Under the pieces are notes generated by a model. It had not been told where the DNA came from, made no database searches, and saw nothing but the letters and a program-made list of their open reading frames with translations. A stretch of DNA of 52,682 bases from Octopus bimaculoides (taxonomy: Eukaryota), in assembly GCF_001194135.2 (NCBI RefSeq), contig NC_068981.1, forward strand, positions 110,768,038 to 110,820,719, given 5' to 3'. The position numbers and the translations under genes are program-made. Within the stretch, counting starts at the first letter, position 1; the number at the start of each line of letters is the position of its first letter. This document shows, piece after piece, positions 46,680 to 52,682 of this stretch.

Positions 46680-49500
46680 ATGATTCTTTATTGCCTACCA
46701 GAGGCCAATATAGAAGGGAAATGTGTGAGGTGGGGATCTGAACGACTGATGGTACAACAAAAAAGATGACAGTTAAACATTAATGACAATAAATTCGAAT
46801 GATTACACAATAGAAGAACAATACAGTGGAGTGGGGACAGGTTTGACTTCAACCCGACAAGCCTGTACCACCACTGAAACCTTTAGTTACCTTTTATGAA
46901 GTATGCTCATGTAGGATCATTCATTCTCAACATTCATGCTACATTCCATCTTTTGCTATATATATAGCAGGCAACAAGCATCTCCTCTCCAGCCTTATTT
47001 TCCTTTTCAGATGGAAACCAAAGAATTTCACCAAACCAAGGCTGAAGATGAAGTTGCCTGTCACTATTCCTTTCATTCAAGTCTTCCGCACTGCCTCTTT
47101 TGCTATAGCGACCACAGTGAGAAAACAAACCTTTCCTTCTTTGTTCAAGGAGGAAGGTGGAACAATCTTTATAATTAATTAGGAAGAAAGTTGTACTCTT
47201 CCTAGATGTGACAGCAGCTGTTTGGCATAAACCCACATTTCCAAGATTTTCGGACACTGCACAATCATGTGCAGAACAGTTTCACTTTCCCGCTTGCATT
47301 TTGGGCAAGTGGGTGAGCTAGAAAGACTATGCCTTGCGAGTTTATCACGAACTGGTAAGGCTCCTCGGTAACATTGCTAAGCCAGAGAATTTTGGAAATT
47401 ATCCGAGGTCCTTGGCCTGAATGTCCTTTGGAAACAGGCCAGCAAGTTGACTATCATCAAAGCCCAAGGTTTCCTGCAGGACGTCATTGCACTTAGTCTC
47501 TACCAACCCTCTATAGTACGACAAGGTGGAACCCCTGCCATTACCGGTGTGGGAGAGGAGTATGACTGCCTGATGGCACTCAGCTTGCCAAACTCCCAAC
47601 TTCGGTCTGCACCTGATCTACAGTTCCAGCTCACTAAACTAGTGAACCTAGGGAGTATTGATTTGAGGAATGGAGACCACACCCGTTCACCTACCAGGTA
47701 GAGCCAAAGATGCCTCAGCCTCAGCACGTCTGCACAGCATAAGTCAAGGCATCCCTAGCCCACTCTTTAGCGAGTGTTGGCAGCAGATAGAGCACCTTAC
47801 AAAAGGTCCTTTACCCTTCCACAAAAGCAGAAGAGCAGTTATTCCAACTTGATCAGCCATGAATTGGAGCAAGGCATGACGGTTAGGTGGTAGGTAAACA
47901 CAGATGTGATAAACACATTTGCAACTGCCGCCCTCCCTTTCAGAGATAGCCACCACTCAGGCCAAGTCTAAGATAGGAGGGTCACTCTGCTCATTGCCTT
48001 GCTCCAGTTCTTCTCTATCTGGAGGTCTGGACTGAACCAAACACCTAGCATTTTAACTGAACAAATGACGTCCAATGCCCAATGATGTTGTTGGGAGAAA
48101 TCGACTTGCCCACCCAGGTGCCAAGTTGCAAGCCAACTGACTTCTCATGGTTAATTTTTGCACATGCCACTGCCTCATAATCCTTAATGGCCTCACCTAC
48201 CCTCGGATACAATGATAGTGATGTCATCCGCATACACCGTAACTGACCTTCCACAACCTAGATCACATGAGACACCCCTCATCCCCTCCAATTTCTGCAG
48301 TAAAGGCTCATGAGCCAACACATACAGAAGTGGGGAGAGAGGGCATCCTTGACGTACCTAGTACTTGATGCAGAATGGTTTGCAAAAAGAAACCATTCAC
48401 CCGAATGATCGAATCAATGTTGCTATATAATGTAATAATCTAACTATGGAAAGTTGGGCCCAATCTGACCACCACGAAGACTAACACCAGGTACCGATGG
48501 TCAACCCTATCAAAAGCTTTAGCTTGGCCTAAATGAACCAATACCCCACCCTTGCCAGGAATCCTATTCACCTGCTTTAAGGTATAGCATATAAGGTGGA
48601 GATTGTTGTGTATGGATCTTCCAGGAATGGCACATATTTGTGCCTCCCCGACAAGTCCACTGATGACACAAGCCAACCTTTTTGCTAATACCTTGGTGAA
48701 AATCTTCAGCTCTGCATTAAGCAGAGTGATGGCCCAGAAATTATCAACTAAGTCCTTTCTTAGCAGAACCATCAATCCTTGGCTCACAGATCTGGGTATA
48801 AACCCATTCTGCTGCTAGTTGGTAAAGACATGCCAGTAGGTGCCCAAACAAATCTGGCATACTATAATATAGCTTGTAGGGAAGACCATCAAGTCCCGGT
48901 GACTTTCCCCCACCGCAGTTTGACAAAGCTTCCTCCACTCCGCAGCTGTGATCAGCCTTTCACAGCATTCTGCCTCCCGCCCTGAGAGACGTGGCAAACC
49001 AGCGAGGCAGTCTGTGAGGTCTTTCCTACACACTGGTCCACCGCCCTCACCAAAAAGCTGTGTGCAATGCTCTTGAAAGACTTTACACATCTCCTCAGGT
49101 TTGTTTACCAAATTCTCTTGTTGGTCCATCAAAGACCTTATTGTGGTATTATTGCCACATTGGGTCTCTACCACACAAGCCCATCCAGCAGCTTTGATTC
49201 CCTCTTGTCCCATTACATGTAGCTTTGCCCTGACTATGCATCCCTTGTGTTTAGCCTTGAGGTGTTGGTTAAGAGCCAATCTTGCCGCTAACACTTGGGA
49301 TGCAGAACTAGACCTCAGTACCTCATCAAGAGCCTTAACTAAAGCCCTTTCTATTCTATTTTTCTTAGAAACTAGCTCCTTACCCATTACAGAAATGGGC
49401 AAAAATACCTCACAAAAATTAATAATTCCCCCTTCAAGCAAGGGGAAATCAAATAACAGAACTGCTGCAAGCAGTAATAACAAGTTTTGTCAATATATAA
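46680..49500 (-). mobile_element. Decayed Tx1/L1-clade LINE (RT and C-terminal region)
   Basis: KSPGLDGLPY, ITLLNAELKIFTKVLAKRL, IPGRSIHNNL, QAKAFDRVDHRYL, C-terminal HLKRKIRLER. Confidence 0.8.
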
Positions 49501-49746
49501 CAACAGTCCAACAGTTTTTCAACAATAACAAAATATAGCTCACAGTTCACCATTCTAACACAAGCCAAAATAAAAAAACCTCCAGCCAAATGTAAGATAG
49601 CTTCGATGCTGAGATAGAACCATTTATAAAGAAAAATAATTGAATAGTTGAATAGGTAGACAGGTGAGCATGTGACTAATCATGTAAGTCATGGCCTATT
49701 GGAATATTCTATTGTGTATTCTATTGGAATATTCTATATATTTATT

Positions 49747-49970
49747 ACTCTTTCTCTTTTACTCTTTTACTTGTTTCAGTCATTTGACTGTGGCCATGCT
49801 GGAACACACCCTTTAGTTGAGCAAATCGACCCCAGGACTTATTCTTTGGATGCCTAGTACTTATTCTATTGGTCTCTTTTGCCGAACTGCTAAGTTACGG
49901 GGACATAAACACACCAGCATCAGTTGTCAAGCGATGTTAGGGGGGACAAACACAGACACACAAACATACA

Positions 49971-50044
<74 letters not shown>

Positions 50045-50207
50045 CAACGGGCTTCTTTCAGTTTCCGTCTACCAAATCCACTCACAAGGCTTTGGTTGGC
50101 CCAAGGCTATAGTAGAAGACACTTGCCCAAGGTGCCACGCAGTGGGAATGAACCCGGAACCATGTGGTTGGTAAGCAAGCTACTTACCACACAGCCACTC
50201 CATGCCT
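49747..50207 (-). mobile_element. tRNA-derived SINE, full length, with expanded (CA)n
   Basis: Same family as 16418-16812; (CA)n at about 49976-50038. Confidence 0.92.
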
Positions 50208-50289
50208 TATTTTAATATAGAATGTAATAATTTAAGGTTAAGGATTTAAATATATAATTCATGTGTTCTAATCTAAGTATTTCTTTGTG

Positions 50290-51790
50290 CTGCTGTCCTC
50301 ATCCATATGCATCACATGACCAGAGCAGCACAGTCTTCTCTCTTGCACACAATCTCTGATGCCTCTTATACCTAGTTTTCCTCTTAAATTATTTACCCTC
50401 TCTTGTACATGCACACTGACATTACCTGTTTAGTGGAGCATGCTAGCTTCATTTCTTTCAAGCCTTCACAGGTCCTCAGTAGTCAAGGCCCATGTTTCAC
50501 TGCCATGTAACATAGCTGTACGTACACAAGCATCATACTACCTGCTTTTCACTCTGAGGGTGAGGCCCTTAGTTACCAACAAAGGTAGAAACTCTATGAA
50601 CTTTGTCCTGCCTGTTCTTATCCTAGCAACTACACTTTCAGAACTACCTCCACCACTGCTAACTTGGTCTCCTAGGTAGCAGAAGCTATCTATTACCTCT
50701 AATGATCCCCCTGAGCATTTAAGGGAACCTATTGTCTGCATATTTTTAGTGCTTATTGTACTTGCACATTTTCCACACACACAGACTTATATTCTCTGTT
50801 AACCTTCCTTTGATACTGCTACATCTCTTATGTGTCCAAAGCTTAATTTGGATACAACAAATGGAGTTTGTACCAACACTCTTCTTACATATTGAGCAGG
50901 GCCATCTCTCAAAAGAGATTTGTGATTTGTCTGTTTTCCTACTTACTAGAAATTTGGTTTTTGCTAAATTAACTTAGCAAAAAGTTAATTTTTGCTTAGG
51001 CCCTTAGATTCCAAACCTTGTTCCTACGCTGAAATTTCTTCTCTAGATCAGGTGGTGATTCAGCTATAAAAACAAGTTCATCAGCATAGAGGAGCTCACA
51101 GATACAGCTAGTTTTGAATTTCTCTGTTAAGGCCCGGAGGATTAAGATAAAAAGGAGGGGGCTGAGGACTGATCCTTGGTGGACTCTTATCTGTATACTG
51201 AATTCATTGCTATATTTGTTGTCAACCTTCACTTTACTGGCAGCATCCCTGTACATAGCTTGTACTGCTCTCACAAACCACTCATCTATCCCTAGCTTCC
51301 ACAGCGACTACCATATAAGGGAGCAGGGGACCCTGTCAAAAGCTTTCTCCATATCAGCAAAAGCCAGGTATGGAGGTTTATTTTTGGCTAAATACTTTTC
51401 CTGCAGTTGCCTAATCAGGAGTATAGCAAACCTGAACTGCATCTCATCTACACTTTCTTCCTAATTAATTGAGCTATGACCCTTTTCATGACTTTCATCA
51501 CCTAGTTCAGCAATTTGATACCTCTGTAATTGTTTCTGTCTAAGGTGTCACCTTTGCCTTTGTAGCAGTTGACTACAATGTTGTTACACCAGTCATTGGG
51601 TATGACTCCCTCATGGCCAACCTGATTAGCTATATGGGTGACTAGGCTATATCCTACTTTGCTAGATATTTTAACCATCTCAGCAGTGATTCCTGATGGG
51701 CCTGGGGCTTCCCTTGTCTTCATATCTTTAATTAGTTTATCTACCAAGGTACTGTCAATTTGGATAGCTGGCAAGGAAATAATGAAGCTG
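50290..51790 (-). mobile_element. 5'-truncated decayed RTE copy
   Basis: APGPSGITAE, NYRGIKLL, VHQGSVLSP, LLYADEL, LEVIDSFCYLGD. Confidence 0.88.
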
Positions 51791-51826
51791 TATAGGTAAA
51801 TAGATAAATAAATAAATAAATAAATC

Positions 51827-51868
<42 letters not shown>
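51827..51868. repeat. (TAA)n microsatellite, preceded by (TAAA)n
   Basis: Directly visible. Confidence 0.95.
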
Positions 51869-52682
51869 TGAACAAAACAAACAGTTCAAATCCAACCCCC
51901 AAAAATTCTACCAAGAACTGGGTAAAAATAAAATAGATATTACTGCAGCACCAACAGCAGAAGAAGTGGAAGAATTTTGGGAAGAAATATGGTCGGTGAA
52001 GCAACAATCTCAGAAAGGGACCATCAAAACAACGAACTTTGCATCTGAGCAACTCTGGACCCCTATAACAGTTGAAGAGGTCACCCAGGCATTGCAAAGA
52101 CTAAGCAACTGGAAGGCACCTGGGCACGACAAGATCCCCAACTTCTGGTTAAAATACTTGACAAGAATGCACAAAAAGCTGGCTGAAAATTTTAACAACA
52201 TACTAGCAGAGCCAGAGACAATGCCTGGATGGGTCACGAAAAGGAAAACTATCTTAATTCCCAAATCCACTGAAATGGCAAAGTCACAAAACTACAGACC
52301 TATAACCTGTCTCCCTACGATCTACAAAGCCTTTACTGCAATAATGTCGCAGAGATTGAGTAAGCACCTGGAAAATAACAACCTGTTTCCAGAAGAGCAG
52401 AAGGGATGCTGCAAGGGCTCATACGGCTGTAAAGATCAATTAATGATCAATAAAGCCATAACTGAAGACAGCCGCAGAAAGGAGAAAGGCCTCAGTATGG
52501 CCTGGATCGGCTACCGAAAGGCTTTCGACAGTGTTCCCCACACGTGGATCCTCGAAACACTAGCCATAAACAAGGTGGCACCAATTATTATAAAATACAT
52601 AAGGCACTCTATGAATAAATGGCAGACAGTGCTACAGCTCCAAACAAAAGAGGGACTTGTGAAAACGAAAGCCATCCCCATT
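51867..52682 (+). mobile_element. R4/Dong-clade non-LTR retrotransposon RT region, open frame of 272 codons running off the window
   Basis: My translation: NWKAPGHDKIPNFWLK, KTILIPK, NYRPITCLPTIYK, EEQKGC.KGSYGCKDQLMINK, AWIGYRKAFDSVPH; no stop codon. Confidence 0.85.

Noticed and set aside
46990-47020. Strong acceptor-like CCTTATTTTCCTTTTCAG
   Set aside because: It is the antisense of Tx1 C-terminal codons (LKRKIRLE) and no recognisable exon follows.

Overview
Eukaryotic, AT-rich, microsatellite-rich draft scaffold with seven N gaps. The repeat families, (CAT)n-tailed RTE LINEs and a tRNA-headed SINE, look like an octopus or other coleoid cephalopod genome (inference). The only host coding sequence I can support is four + strand exons (11061-11164, 14826-15094, 25037-25265, 26455-26681; 829 nt, about 1.6% of the window). 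They have canonical AG/GT ends and mutually compatible phases and encode the PSI / EGF_CA / EGF / laminin-EGF segment of MEGF8. The rest is most likely intron filled with transposable elements. These include many RTE fragments of at least two lineages, SINEs, a Penelope-like element, two piggyBacs, three Tc1/mariner elements, a complete Mag-like Gypsy element with LTRs and TSD, a Tx1/L1-like LINE, a CR1/Jockey-like remnant and an R4/Dong-like LINE at the right edge. I see no clearly new biological system. The best candidates for follow-up are: a near-identical partial copy of a MEGF8 exon inserted 35 nt after the preceding exon; several long fold-back structures in the pre-mRNA, including a palindromic Tc1/mariner derivative; and a Dong-like element attached to a (TAA)n tract. 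Boundaries of decayed repeats are approximate and all identities are estimated by eye.
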